Assembly (NCBI GenBank): GCA_964016885.1
Contig: OZ024740.1
Coordinates: 361,770,001-361,834,000 of the forward strand
DNA length: 64,000 nt
Reading direction: 5' to 3'
DNA from: Eledone cirrhosa
Lineage: Eukaryota
Shown here: positions 12,022-24,800 of the stretch, in pieces
Layout of the letters: every line of letters starts with the position of its first letter
How positions within the stretch are numbered: the first letter of the stretch is position 1
Notes under the pieces: model-generated
Told to the model about the DNA's origin: nothing
Databases searched by the model: none
What the model saw: only the letters and a program-made list of their open reading frames with translations
Position numbers and translations under genes: made by a program

Positions 12022-15000
12022 CGTGGTTGACATCCATTATAATATTTAAGCATGGCAATTTATATTTAAAGATTAAAGTCATATTAAAAGAAAACAAAAT
12101 TGAAGTTAAAATACAACATTGGCAGTTCACGAAGAAAATGCAAGATGATAGTTAGAAGTAGTTAGTGTATGCAATAGTTACACGTGGGGAATGCACGTGT
12201 GTCTTATTTATATAAGATTATAGTGCGGCAGGGTGTTATATGTAATACAAGCACTTTAAGCGGGCAATCAAGAGTAATATGGGGGTTGTATTTGTAAAGT
12301 ATTTTTTAATATGTATGATATAGAAGCTTGTGTGCAGATAAATATTAAAAATATTAAAAATGAGAAGCAAAACAATGTTATGGTTTTCGTATATATCAAC
12401 ATTTTCACAATCCAGGAAATGTAATATATGGATTATATGTCCTTCACATAATCTACAATGATTCAATATTGGATGCTTGATGAAATATGTTAGAATATTA
12501 CAGCTTGTTGTTCTTTAATCCAATTTTATAGATCAGGTTGTTTATTGCGAGAATTAACATCGTATTATTTTCCGGAAGTGTGTGTGTGATTGAGGGGAGT
12601 TAATGCGTGAGGGGAGGTAACTAGCTGATTTCTATAATTAAATTTATTATCCTAATGTACATTAAATGGTGTCTTAAATGAGTCCCTATCATATAAGGTT
12701 ATAAACAGTTTCTAAATTTAAGTATCCCATCTATAATTACAGTGTAGTCTATCAAGAAGTACCAAAGGTGTTCATATTAGGATGATTACCCTCTATCATA
12801 GAGTGCCACAACTGGATATTCTACATGACGAGTCAGATCCCCAAATCAATGATCATTGTAAGTGTAGTCTACCCGCAGAACCTGGCAGGGTTTTATTAGA
12901 ATCACTTCTATATATAACTCCTGGTAAGCTCTGGGTCAGTGCATGTCTGATTGCATGGCAAAGTTAAATATCACTAGGGTAGACCAGAGATCAATTCTCA
13001 CTTACAATGTCACTAATCTGACCATCAAGTCATACATGTATGTATAACTCATACATCACTTGTACATAATTCATTGTACTCAGCATATAGGTTATATAGC
13101 TCTTTTATGTTAATAAATTAATTAATCTTCCATTTATCCAATGATGGCACTCCATACACAGAACAACATTAGCACAACCAATTCAGTGTTTAAAGTTTAC
13201 ATTAATTATATAGTGGTGTTATGTACTCTAAGTAATTGAAGGCAATTATACCAAAAGTTGATGTACATGGGGATATCTCTAGGGTAAAAGGTTCTAGAAG
13301 GATGTCAATATTTGTGTTAAAGTGGAACAATGAGTGTGGTGATGTGGTGTAAGGTGTGCCCTTGAGGTTTGTTGCTAGAGGTGGTGACGTGTTCAAGTCT
13401 GACATTGTTATATATTGGGTTTAAAGTTTTGGAAGGAGTGTCGGAAGCGGTGCTGGCAAGACGCGAACACTTCTGATTTTTTATTAAGGAGGTTATGGTT
13501 TGAGAAGATAATAGTATGGGTCTGTAGTAGACAGAGGTTAAAAAATTTATTAGGTGGTTTGTACGATGTCGCGTTACCTATCACTTCCCATTTAAGTGTA
13601 TAAGATTTATTTTTAGTTTTTAGATAGTGTATGTAGCTAGATAGTGAAGTGGAGTTGGCTAGACTGTGTTTTTAGAAAGAGTGGAGGTGTGAATTGTATC
13701 TGGTTTTGAAGCAGTTTGAAGTAGAGCCTATATAGGTTTCAGAAGAGTTGCTAGTTGTGACGGTGCATGAGTATATGATATTCTTGATTAAGCATTTTTT
13801 ATCTAAAGGGCAGGTTCTATTTGATCTACAGTTACAATAATTCTGGGTGTTATTCTGCCGGTTATTATGTTGTGTAGAAGTCTGGATGGTAGCTATAGGA
13901 TTATGGTTATGGGGGTTGTCGTTCCCAGCGTTATTGCTTACACAAGTGCTATTATTATTATTACTATTGTTATTAGGGTTAGTTGATATAACGTTATTTT
14001 GAAGGTTTATCGCGTGCTGTGATTTAGTTTGTTGGAAGTAAGAATTAATTTTTCTTTTATTGCTACTAGCTATGTGGTATGCTATGTTAGGCGTAGTAGA
14101 GTAGGAGATTTTAATAGTGTTTTTGTTTAAAAGGCTATGGTACTTGTGGCCAGATGGGAAGTTTTTATCTAGTAGTGAGAAGAAAGCCCTAGGTAGGTTG
14201 GTAGAGACGTTTAGATTGAAAGGAGGGTTGAAAAATGTGTTATTTCTTCTTCTATTTTTGTTTTTTATGTATGGTGAGTTGTTTCCTTTTATGGAACTAT
14301 GGTAATTTCTGTGGTGTGGGTTACTTTTGTTGGCATCCTCCGTATTAGTGTGTGTGTGGTTGCTATTCTTATTACTAAATTTCCTCATGGACATATTGTG
14401 CGAAATAATGTTGTAGCTATGTGTTTTTGTAGGTAGGAACTCGATCCCTATATTATGGCCTGATCTAGCTAATGCCTGATTATAATATTGCGAGTTTTTG
14501 CTAAATATGTTTACGTCATAGGATAGATTAGAGATTCTATTGGATACTCCCTTAGAGATAGAGTTTAATATTGATCTAGGGTGGTTGGACTTGGTATCTA
14601 CGTAAATCAGTTTTTCGTTAGGTTTATGGAAAGGTGTATATATCTTTGAGTCTAGGTAGAGGGTGGCGTCCAGGAAGTTAACGTTTTTAGTGTTTTTGTC
14701 CATGGTAATACTAAGGTTATAGTTTTTGAATGTCTTGTGCAATAGTTTTCTAGTTCTTTCTATATTGAATTTTTTATAGTCTATAAGTAGAAGTGCATCA
14801 TCGCGGTACAAACCACCGTTGAGGTATGGAAGGTCCTTATGGATTTCGTTAAGTAAATATAGGCCGACCAAATCAGTGACCTGCGCCGAGTCACTAGATC
14901 CAATGGTTATGTCGAAGTTGTTTTGCGTATCTTTGCGGGTCCATAATTGGTCTTCAAAGGTGATTACGGTTTTACGGGCCGCAAGTATGACATCAATCTG

Positions 15001-15975
15001 GGGTCTAGTCAGGTCACTATTGTCCATGGCCATGATTAGTGCCTTATTTAATAGGATAGGGGAAATAGAGGTGTAGTATGAATTGATATCAAATTGAATA
15101 CATTTTTTATCCTTGTTATTCTTGATATCTTTGAACCATTCAATAACTTCACCCGTATTTCCCCATTGTTTAAGGTATATCTTGTGTTTAATTTGTGGGA
15201 TGATTTTATCTAAAATTTTCTTACTGATAATACCAGTGTCAGACTTGGAAGGGCAGATAAGTCTAATCGAGGGGTTACTAATGAAGTCCTCCTTATGGTC
15301 CTTCAGAGAGAATCTAGGGTGGTTTGGGGTATATGGTTGTGTATGTCTCTGATGTCCTAGTTTGGACACTATATTATAGCCTTCCATATTAATATCTTCT
15401 AAGTTTTTCATAGTAGTTTTCTTGTAGCTTTTATGTAGTTCATTATATATAAACTTTCTATAAGTATTATAATCTAGGCTGTATATGTTATTAGTTTTGT
15501 CCGCATGTACAATAATCTTATTACTAGTTTTGAATTCATTAATAGAGGTGTTAAGTTTGTTTAAGAAGGTGTTGTTTTTATTACGGTGCTTTTTGTATTT
15601 AATGTTCTTAACTAGTTTTATTAGGTCATTTTCAAAGGAGTTTAGTAGTGTGTTATGAGGGGGGCTTCTAAAGGTTTTAAAGCCGAAGGAGTCAAATTTG
15701 TTAGTATTATTAACCTTGTTAGATTTGTTTTTATCATAATGGAATGTCCTCCATCTCACTCTATTGATAAAGGAATTTACACTGTCGTTCAATATTTTCT
15801 CATATGTATTCTTGGATGGTATTGGTATGTTCTTGGTTGACATCGGGAGTTGGTCTTTGATTCATGTAATCTCTATATAACTGCTCTGTAGAACAACTGA
15901 TGTTATTACATTGAGCTATTTATCTTACTGGTAATAAGGTAGTAATAAATTACTGTCTTTCACTATTTAGGGTTT
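12019..15975 (-). mobile_element. Naiad-type PLE body with long 3' non-coding region
   Basis: ORF above, 5' leader 15854-15975 (second copy at 48182-48301) and unique 3' sequence bounded by (TA)n at ~11982-12018; 3' boundary is inferred. Confidence 0.6.
13408..15843 (-). pseudogene. Penelope-like element (Naiad-type) RT + C-terminal GIY-YIG endonuclease, single premature TAA at 13672-13674
   Basis: N-terminal STKNIPIPS...RVRWR, ADKT, FDINSYYTSI, GSSDSAQVTDLVGLYLL, YRDD, FLD; CNCR..CPL..CL Zn linker, IIY..YIG..FKTRYNSH; reading through TAA continues in frame (KHSLANSTSLSSYIHYLK...LNKKSEVFASCQHR...) to TAA at 13408-13410. Confidence 0.9.
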
Positions 15976-16054
15976 AAAATATATATAACTATAAAAGGTT
16001 TTAGTATATACATAACCATAAATAGTATCCTTAATACTATATATATATATGTAC

Positions 16055-16203
16055 ATTCATTTAATATGGCTATTGGTGAAGTTTGTTACTCTAAAGTTTC
16101 ACCTGCGCTCTCAGAGGATCACCAATCTTGCCTGATGGTCCTGCTAGTACACAGGTGAAACTCCAGAGTAACAAGACTCATCACTTAGCCATAATAAATG
16201 AAT
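16055..16203. repeat. imperfect fold-back containing a degenerate hammerhead (16127-16175, +)
   Basis: ATTCATTTA.TATGGCTA...TTGTTACTCT..AGTTTCACCTG mirrored on the right; right arm CTTGC-CTGATGG-TCCTG..CAGGT-GAAAC-TCCAGA-GTA-ACAAG. Confidence 0.7.
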
Positions 16204-16965
16204 ATATTTTTTTTTAAACTATAAATTCGAAAATTTATTGAAACTCTACTTCGGTATTGAGTTTTTATTCTTACGCCCGTCAATATAATTCACGTACTCT
16301 CACGTCTTTAATAATCGTCTCCCCAACCGCTTACTAATTTTTAAGATTTTTTCCACCACCCCACTTTTATCCCCCCCCCCCCCCCCCCCACCGGTTATCA
16401 AATCTTGCTCATCTAACTCCTGCGAAATTTTATCGTAAGTAATTCATATTGATGCAGCAGCAGGAGAATCTAATAATTTTATTTTACATAAAAAAACATT
16501 ATATATGAAAAAAAAAAAAGAACATGACAAGAAATCCCATATTTACGAACGTACACTATACAATTACCCCCTCCCCCGGGCTTATAAGAATTTCAGCAAA
16601 TGTCGAGTCCCCTTATTATTTGGGACCTGAGTGTATATATATATATATAGACAGGGGTGGTGGAAGCATTTCTGAATTGGGGCGGGGACAAATTTGGTCA
16701 ATTTAGTTGTAGTGATTAGTTTACCTCTTTGCACTCTAAAGTAGTAAGAAAATGCAATTTGAGTCCAAGCAGGTCATATTACATTTACAGATTTCAATAA
16801 CTTTAAAGTGTAAAATGACCTGTGAAAGACGTACCAGCAATTGGCAAATAGCGATATGGGGAGAAAAAGTTATGACAAGACAAAAAAATTTACTATGAAG
16901 GTTAACATAATATATCAAGCAATATATAAAAAACTTCAATATGCGTTAAACATAACATGTAAACA

Positions 16966-17001
<36 letters not shown>

Positions 17002-17006
<5 letters not shown>

Positions 17007-18078
17007 CCTCGATATGAATACCCCCTCCGCCTCCGTGGTATTTTCTTCGTGGTTATAAGAGGCTTAGCTCTGTTTCTCGACCGTTATATCGCGTGACTAT
17101 CTCCCTCTCCGCCTTTTGGGATTCTTTCTCACGTCGTGTAGACGCGTTCTTGAGACTAGTAAAATGAGGTATCCTCTTGATAAGTCGGCAGACCTCGCAA
17201 GGACTCTATATCTTTGATATATTGTTTTTGTTTATGCCACGAAACTACGTAGTCGAGGAATTTAGGAACAGTTTAGGTATGATACATTTTATTACTAATT
17301 ATATCTAAATGTTTCTTCTCTCTTCATAATGTATTTTTAACTCTGATACTGGTTCAGTCCGGTTCAAACTGAATTGGTCTGTCCCAGTCATTCATTGAGC
17401 AACATCGGTGAAGTTGGCACCCTTAACTCACAGTTGGGTGCGGATGCATTCATGTATATATGTGTGTGTCCGCATGTATCTGTGTGATTCTAAATATATT
17501 AACTCCCTCTGGTCGAGCAATCTTTGAAGTGTGGGGACAACTGGAAAGCTTCCATTACTCATACTTCTCGCCTTCTTCACTACCTCTTCTGCGGCCTCGA
17601 TATGAATACCCCCTCCGCCTCCGTGGTATTTTCTTCGTGGTTATAAGAGGCTTAGCTCTGTTTCTCGACCGTTATATCGCGTGACTATCTCCCTCTCCGC
17701 CTTTTGGGATTCTTTCTCACGTCGTGTAGACGCGTTCTTGAGACTAGTAAAATGAGGTATCCTCTTGATAAGTCGGCAGACCTCGCAAGGACTCTATATC
17801 TTTGATATATTGTTTTTGTTTATGCCACGAAACTACGTAGTCGAGGAATTTAGGAACAGTTTAGGTATGATACATTTTATTACTAATTATATCTAAATGT
17901 TTCTTCTCTCTTCATAATGTATTTTTAACTCTGATACTGGTTCAGTCCGGTTCAAACTGAATTGGTCTGTCCCAGTCATTCATTGAGCAACATCGGTGAA
18001 GTTGGCACCCTTAACTCACAGTTGGGTGCGGATGCATTCATGTATATATGTGTATGTCCGCATGTATCTGTGTGATTC

Positions 18079-18087
<9 letters not shown>
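17002..18087 (+). repeat. 588-bp variant of the 595-bp hammerhead unit, ~1.85 units
   Basis: Hammerheads at 17172-17259 and 17760-17847 (period 588); flanked by (TA)n on both sides; same 3' end point (CTAAATATAT) as the 10062-11340 array. Confidence 0.95.
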
Positions 18088-18127
<40 letters not shown>

Positions 18128-18132
18128 TATAT

Positions 18133-20882
18133 GAGAGTGTGCCATAAAAAGCAAGGTCGCAATACTAACGCTCCCTGTGTATTTTCCTATTATAAATGCC
18201 CCAATTGGTAAAATAGAACATATTTTGTATAAAATAAATTATTTTGAGCCTTGCGTATATGATGGTGATTATAGTGGAAAGTGTGATTATGTTGCATGAA
18301 AATGTGAAACCAAATATGACCATACAATAATTGTTTATTTTATTAATCCATTATATTTAGTAAACCAGCTTTGAATATAAAGGCGTACAAGGAAGAAACA
18401 AGTTCAGTTAAGTTAACTCCAGTCATATTTTTTTCAGAGCTTCTTTTTTGAAATCCGGGACCTTGCGACGATGAGCTTCGACTACTTGAAGAACACACTG
18501 CTTCTCCTCTCATTCTTGTTGATGGCAACAAAATCAGTTATCAACTTGACTGCTCTCTCCGCCAGATCGTTGACTACCTTGATATTGTGAACAACAGACA
18601 GGCATTTTGATATGACGCTTGTGATGACCAAGTTGCAGGTGACAGCTCAAGCCAAGTATCGTCGAGACCAAGGAGATCGAACAGAAGCCTTGATTTCTTC
18701 CCAACTAGATGGACGACTTCAACTCGGGAAATACTGGAGCACCACAGTCGAGAGGCCCAGACGTTTTCGTTTTGACAAGACGTTGGACTGTTTGTTTCTT
18801 CTCGGACTCTTGGACCCGACTTGAAAACAGCGCTAGCAGAATGGCTTCCTCCGTCAGGTACCAAAGATGCCTGCTCAGAGTAGTAGTGGCTGCCTGCGAG
18901 AGATCTCTGTCAACCTTACTGTACTGTGTCAACTCCACGTAGAATTGGGAATCATTGGATGGTGCATCAGCACACTTGACTGCTGTCAGCCAGTATCGCA
19001 CGTAGAACAGAGCATTGAACATACAGATCCGGCGCAACTTTTCCATTTTAGCTTGATCGTAATTGAGTCGCTCACCAAATGCATACATCTTTGCACTATA
19101 GATGATTGTGGACATCAACCGAACGTTATAATGTGCACCAGGCAACATCCAATAAATTCCACGAGGAGGGGTGACACCAAGCAAGATCAACATCAACTCG
19201 GCACATTCTCGGTAGTCGTCCCGTGGAAGAGAACTCATTTTTCCATCGTCGGATGTCAGCAAATCTTGGGGGAACTTGATGTTCTCAGAACACAGACGCT
19301 TTAGTCTCCGGTCGACAATGTTAAATGTTTTAAAGTTGGTCTTATCCGTGAGTGACACCCAATCTTTTTTGAACTCCTTGAACTCTGGAGTGTCTGGACT
19401 AGACATTGCTCCGAATAGTTGTTGCCACACTGCACACAAGATACGCTCCAAGACATGGTGCCGACAAGCAAAATAAAACACCTTTGTGTTGAGCATCTCT
19501 TCTAGTTACACGCAGGCACCATTTTTCCATCCAGAATTCGAAGCAGTTGTGTCGAAGAGCAAGCCCACCACAGACCCATCAACATTCCAATCTTTAACAA
19601 GATCAAATGATGCTTTGGCTTGGGTGGTTCCAGTGCTATCAGGAACACCGAGGAGTTTACCTTCTCTGAAGTTCGGAGTTCCAGCAACTAGCACACCTAG
19701 CCTCTCGTGGTCACCAGGAATTATTTTGCCATCCCAATGCAAGGTAACAAAGTCTGGCACACCAAATTGTTCCTTTATGTGTTCAGCCCCCACAGTTCTG
19801 ATCTTCTTAGCTGCACGTCTGCTACTATTCTTGGAGAGAGTTGTGGCGTCTATGTCAGTCCCGCCCTCAGAAATAATCGATGCCATAAATTCTGTTCTCT
19901 GGCCCAGTTGCAGGTTTAAATGATCAGTCATTAGAGAAATTTTGGGACTCTGAAATGGATTCTTTGGGAGTTCCAGCTGGATTTTTCGTTTCTTGTCTGA
20001 TTTTGAGCTGTCTCTGGGTGGGTTTGAGGGCTGAAATTCAGGATCCTGTTCATCTTCAGTTTCATCATTGGTTGAACTTGAATCACTCAGTTCATTACAT
20101 GGAAGTTGTGCTGCTACAGATCCTGCCTGACAAACGCTTTCTATGGTTCTCTGACTCTCGACCAGCCACAGAAACCTGATCACGCTTAAACTTTGAAGAT
20201 ACCTTTTTCTGGTAACCCTTGTCTTCAGCACCTAGAGATACTTTTTTCTGGCAACGCAGGGCTTCGAGAAATGTAGCATCTTCCATTTTCTGTTCATTAT
20301 TACGTAGACGGTCTTTCAAAATTTTCTTTTCAGCATCAGTATGTGCAATGTAGAAATACGAATCCAATTCAGAAATAAATAGTGCTTCCTTTTCTTTGTT
20401 TGACTTAGAACCTTTGTTTTTTTGTAAATTTCTGTATTCACTGTACATGTTCATAATTTTTAGTTTCACTTTGTCTTTTCGTTGAGTCGCCACACCATCT
20501 TTTTCCCACTGACTAACTACTTCCATCACAAGCCTATCCGTAATAGCACCATTGAAGCTGACATGCTTTTCGTGTTTCATAGGACCATCTTTCAGGTAGA
20601 AGAAATATCTTAGAACATCCCCCTTTGTTAGTATTATGTTTGGTGAAAAGGATGTAACAGGAGCCATATTTCTCGATCATCCCAACGGAGCGAGTAGCTA
20701 CAACTAGGCCCACTGGTTTCCGCCATTATTCTCCCAATTTGCAATTATTAGGCAAGGCTTAAATTAGTCTGAAATAATCAAAATTACATTATAAATTGAT
20801 AATATACAAAATGGCATGAGAAAATTCATAGGGAGCTAAGAAAAAAAGACTTTTGTGTAAAATGTGGGATTCTGGAACACCC

Positions 20883-20884
<2 letters not shown>
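18133..20884 (-). mobile_element. hAT-superfamily (hATm-like) DNA transposon with frameshifted transposase
   Basis: ORF pieces 20095-20667, 19506-20231, 18705-19496 and onward give HWDGK, FDTTASNSG, ACRHH, HLWYL..E, and VVNDLAERAVKL (~18540-18580); ends GAGAGTGTGCCATAA and reverse TAGGGTGTTCCAGAA are degenerate TIRs. Confidence 0.75.
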
Positions 20885-20944
<60 letters not shown>

Positions 20945-20946
<2 letters not shown>

Positions 20947-23450
20947 CACATCCCGCGCTTCATCCTTAGCGGGACCCACCTCGACAACTCTCACCTGGAA
21001 GCTAAAATTAGGGTTAGGAATTTCATAACCATTCGCACGGATCGCGTTGGCAGAAGAAAAGCTGGACCTGCCAATTTTCTGCATACATCTTTTACGGCAG
21101 ACACAAAGGAAATGTTCTCTAATGTAAATCGGTTTTTGTACACAGTAAAACCAATGATTTAACCATATTTGGGCTTAGTAGGTCACCTCAAATATCTCTG
21201 CTGTGCTTCAAAGAATAGCTCAACTGTATTATTCAGGTAACATATTAATGATGAGTGATTCGAACCTCCCCTATGTTGACTGGTCTAGAGATATCTTGAA
21301 ACCAGGCATTTCCATTTCAACCCCCTGAAAAAGCAGCAGTAGAGAGACTTTTCGACTTTATGGATACATTTTCCCTCTCCGAACTGCTACGCGTGCCAAC
21401 AAGATGTCGCAAATGTATTTTCGACCTAGTGTTAAATAGCCACACTAACATCCACAATGTTGCAGTGGAAAGAAATCCTCTCTCAGACTATGGCATGGTT
21501 CTCTGTAACTTAAGATTCCAACCTATTTGAAAACATGGATCTTAACATGCTAACTGGAATGCAATCATTCATCATCTTTCGTACGTTGACTTGTCTTTTA
21601 CACATACACTCACCTCCACCATCAAAACATGCTGGAAGATATTTGTAGACACTGTTACAAAGCTGCGCTTAAAACACACTTCACCGCGATGCGTGAACAA
21701 GACTAAGTGCAGACTCCCTAAAAATAGAAAATTTTAATAGAAAAACCAACCAACCAACCAACCAAAAATATTGCCAGTAGTAACATACCCATTGAACTGT
21801 TCTAGCGTTGCTCGAATCAAAGAAATATAATCTTCAAAACTGCATGATGATTATCATCAATAATCAAAGAACAACCATGGATAAAATTAAACTCAATCCA
21901 AAAGTGTTCTCATACGCCAAAAACACCTAGATCACTGTCTCTACTGTTGGCCTTCTGATTGGTGTAAATATAATTCTCTCTGATGATGCTAAAACCTTGG
22001 GGGAGATAATGCAGAAACAATACTGCTCTGGTTTCAGCAATCCTGATAAGGTTGAACTAGACAGTATCAGTGATGTTAAATCTAACACATCATATCAGAC
22101 ATAACGCTTACGCCCCTGATATCTTAACAGCAATAAAAAGAATATACACAAATGAGGAGGGTATCAGAATAGGTTCCTTGTTAGTGTCCTGAAAGATTGT
22201 CGACATCAACTAGCATCCCTTCTAGCTAACCTCTAGAGGAACTCACTGGATGCAGGCTAAATCCATGAACATTTTCTATCCGTCTTTCGTCCCAATTTTC
22301 AAAAAGGGAAAGAAGTCCTTGCAGTGAATTACCGTCTGATCTCACCTCTCATATCATCAAGTTATTTGAGAGGGTGGGATACCTCGAATAACGCACTATC
22401 TCGAAAGCAGCATTCACTTACATTCCAACCAGCATGGTTTCCGCGATGGCCGGCACTGATTAACGATGACATTCTAAAGACTTTGAAAGATGGCTCCAAC
22501 ACAGATGTTATATACTTTTATTTCAGCAATGTCTTTGACATGGTTGGACATTGCAGCCTGTTAAAGAAACTATAAAGCTTAGAGTTTGTGGGAAGCTACT
22601 ATAGTGGATTGAGTGTTTCCTGGCGGACAGAACCCAGCACGTTGTGATCGAAAGAGTACGCTAAAGCTCAGCAAAAGTCATTAGTGGTGTCCCACAAGAC
22701 ACTGAGTTGGGCCTACTTCGCTTCATTATTTACATCATTATTATGACATCATAAACTTCATCAAGCACATCAGAATAAAAATCTTTGTAAATGATTACAA
22801 GTTCCAGAAAGTCACAGATTATTGGGAGACCGGACAAGCCTTCAATGCTGTTATTCAATGGACGAAAAAAAACTATGTTACTAAACGAAATCAAATTTGA
22901 GCTAATCCACTTTGGAAAAGATGATGCATTTAAGTTACCATATTCTCCTCTCTCAATGAAAACCTTCATGACATTAGTGGCCTTGGAGTAACTGTCTATA
23001 ACAACTTAAGGTGGTGTACCCACATAAACAACAAATGTAACATGACGCGCAGGATGTGTTCCTGGATACTTAGAACTTTCCTGTCTAGAGATATTCGTGT
23101 CCCTATTCTTCCCTTTTCTAATTTTTCCCGGCCCCACACTGAATATTATTGTCCATTGTGGTCACCCCACACGAAACAAAGGCTTGGTCTCCGTGCTATT
23201 CGCCCCCTACATAAATTAACCTAGAATCACATAAAATTATGACATAACTATTTCATCTCAACTGACCCTGCTCTCTTTAATATCATTCAAAATTACACCG
23301 AAACAAAATAAAGATCCCATAAAATTCAAAAGATCCAGGGAAAAATTCTTCTAACAAATTCCGAATAAACACTCGGATATGTTTCCGGAAACTTTATTGG
23401 AGCAGGCCACTGTGTCTAAAACATGACTGAGATGTGAAGTATGATTTGAA

Positions 23451-23455
<5 letters not shown>
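20945..23455 (+). mobile_element. degenerate CR1/Jockey-group LINE (APE end + RT remnants)
   Basis: Broken motifs NYRLIS, QHG-like, DVIY..FSNVFD.V.H, SGVPQ.T.LG.L.F, RPH.EY.CPLWSPH; many stops and frameshifts. Confidence 0.75.
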
Positions 23456-23490
<35 letters not shown>

Positions 23491-23532
23491 TTCAAAATAT
23501 TAACAAATATAGACATTCATATAATCAAATAT

Positions 23533-23588
23533 TATATATATTTCGGAGGTACTGTGCAGTTTCCTCAGTACGTCCTCATCAGATAAAA
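23533..23588 (-). ncRNA. type I hammerhead-like motif, weak stem I
   Basis: Minus strand TAT-CTGATGA-GGACGTACTG...CAGTACCTCC-GAAAT-ATAT-ATA-ATA. Confidence 0.55.
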
Positions 23589-23740
23589 TATATAAATTGA
23601 TGTATGACATACCTCAACTGTGCTGATGGTTCAATTCCAGTCTTGCTCCGATCACTCCCAGAGAAAAACCAAAAAAAAAACAAAGACAAGAGAACTTTAA
23701 AGTTTTTTTTGCATAGACTGTCTACCCATATATAGACAAT

Positions 23741-23836
23741 ATCCACCGAGGAATTCAGCTAGATTCCCGCCGCTAGAGTACCAGCGCTTTAGTTCGGATG
23801 TAGCTGTTGAAACGGCCCGAGCTCAGCCGTCGGGGT
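23741..23836 (+). ncRNA. type I hammerhead-like motif (C3:G8, U4C), homolog of 33128-33221
   Basis: ATCCA-CCGAGGA-ATTCAGCTA...TAGCTGTT-GAAACGGC...GCCGTC-GGGGT. Confidence 0.6.
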
Positions 23837-23867
23837 CCTGAATTTGTTCATATATATATATATATAA

Positions 23868-23954
23868 GAAAAATTATGACCCCGACAGCAGAGTTCAAGC
23901 CGTTTTGACCGGGTCGAAACGGCTTGAGCTCTGCCGTCGAGGTCATACTTTTTC
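23868..23954. repeat. fold-back made of the 3' half of the same hammerhead family
   Basis: TATGACCCCGACAGCAGAGTTCAAGCCGTTTTGAC / GTCGAAACGGCTTGAGCTCTGCCGTCGAGGTCATA; another 3' half at ~52110-52145. Confidence 0.75.
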
Positions 23955-24220
23955 CGATTACCCACTCTACTACCCTAAGTATTGAGTACTCTGGTGCGTT
24001 ATGGTCCATCTGGTTCCTTACAACAATTCCTTCGTTGTCCATAGAATCATTTGATAATATATATACACCATTTCCTCTCCCAATTAGCATAATCAACCAC
24101 ACAAAAAAACAATTAAACCAGGCTATAAGATTATATATATATATATATATATACGTTATTCCGGGTTGAATCGGAGGTAACCACAGTAAGTAAGGTACTC
24201 AATACATAGCAGAGTATAAA

Positions 24221-24335
24221 AGTTTTAATATAGAAGAGATTCTACAGGACTAGAACTGTTTCATTCTTTAGATGATTCCTGATGATTTCTAAAGAATGAA
24301 ACAGTTCTAGTCCTGTAGAATCTCTTCTATATTAA

Positions 24336-24339
<4 letters not shown>
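24221..24339. repeat. perfect fold-back, 52-bp arms, 15-bp spacer, 5'-truncated hammerhead in spacer/right arm
   Basis: 24221-24272 is the exact reverse complement of 24288-24339; CTGATGA-TTTCTAAAGAAT-GAAAC-AGTTCTA-GTC; abuts (TA)n; related fragment at ~32800-32895. Confidence 0.9.
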
Positions 24340-24395
<56 letters not shown>

Positions 24396-24654
24396 TGATA
24401 TCAAACATTTTAGTTTACGCAGTGTACGTGCTCTGATTGTAAGGTTTCACGGGAATGCATATGGAGCTGACAATTATTTGTAGCCAGCATAGTGTGTCAG
24501 TTTACAAATAGGTCTCATGCTATTTACCTGTGTTCAATTATTACGTGAACGTTTGTAATTCAAAACAACGGCTTAGCGATTTTTACGATTACTGACAAAT
24601 TCAAGCAACGTACCTGCACCAAAATGTGCATGACGCTTTAGTATTGGTTGAAGC

Positions 24655-24800
24655 CTTCGAATTAGCAGAGTCGTTAAAAAGTCGAATAAAATACTTTGCA
24701 CTCTTCGTTCCGTTTGTTAACGCCTTGAGTTTAAATCGTGCTGAGGTCAACTCTGCCTTTCATCATTTCCAGGTCGATAAAAACATACCAGTCCACTAAT
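24655..24800 (+). mobile_element. SINE, Meta/MESC-like family, degenerate
   Basis: TAGCAGAGTCGTTA head; GAGGTCAACTCTGCCTTTCATC...GGTCGATAAAA...TACCAG core. Confidence 0.65.

Noticed and set aside
13672-13674. Selenocysteine read-through, as known for some Naiads
   Set aside because: The in-frame stop is TAA, not TGA, and is not at a conserved Cys; no SECIS identified.
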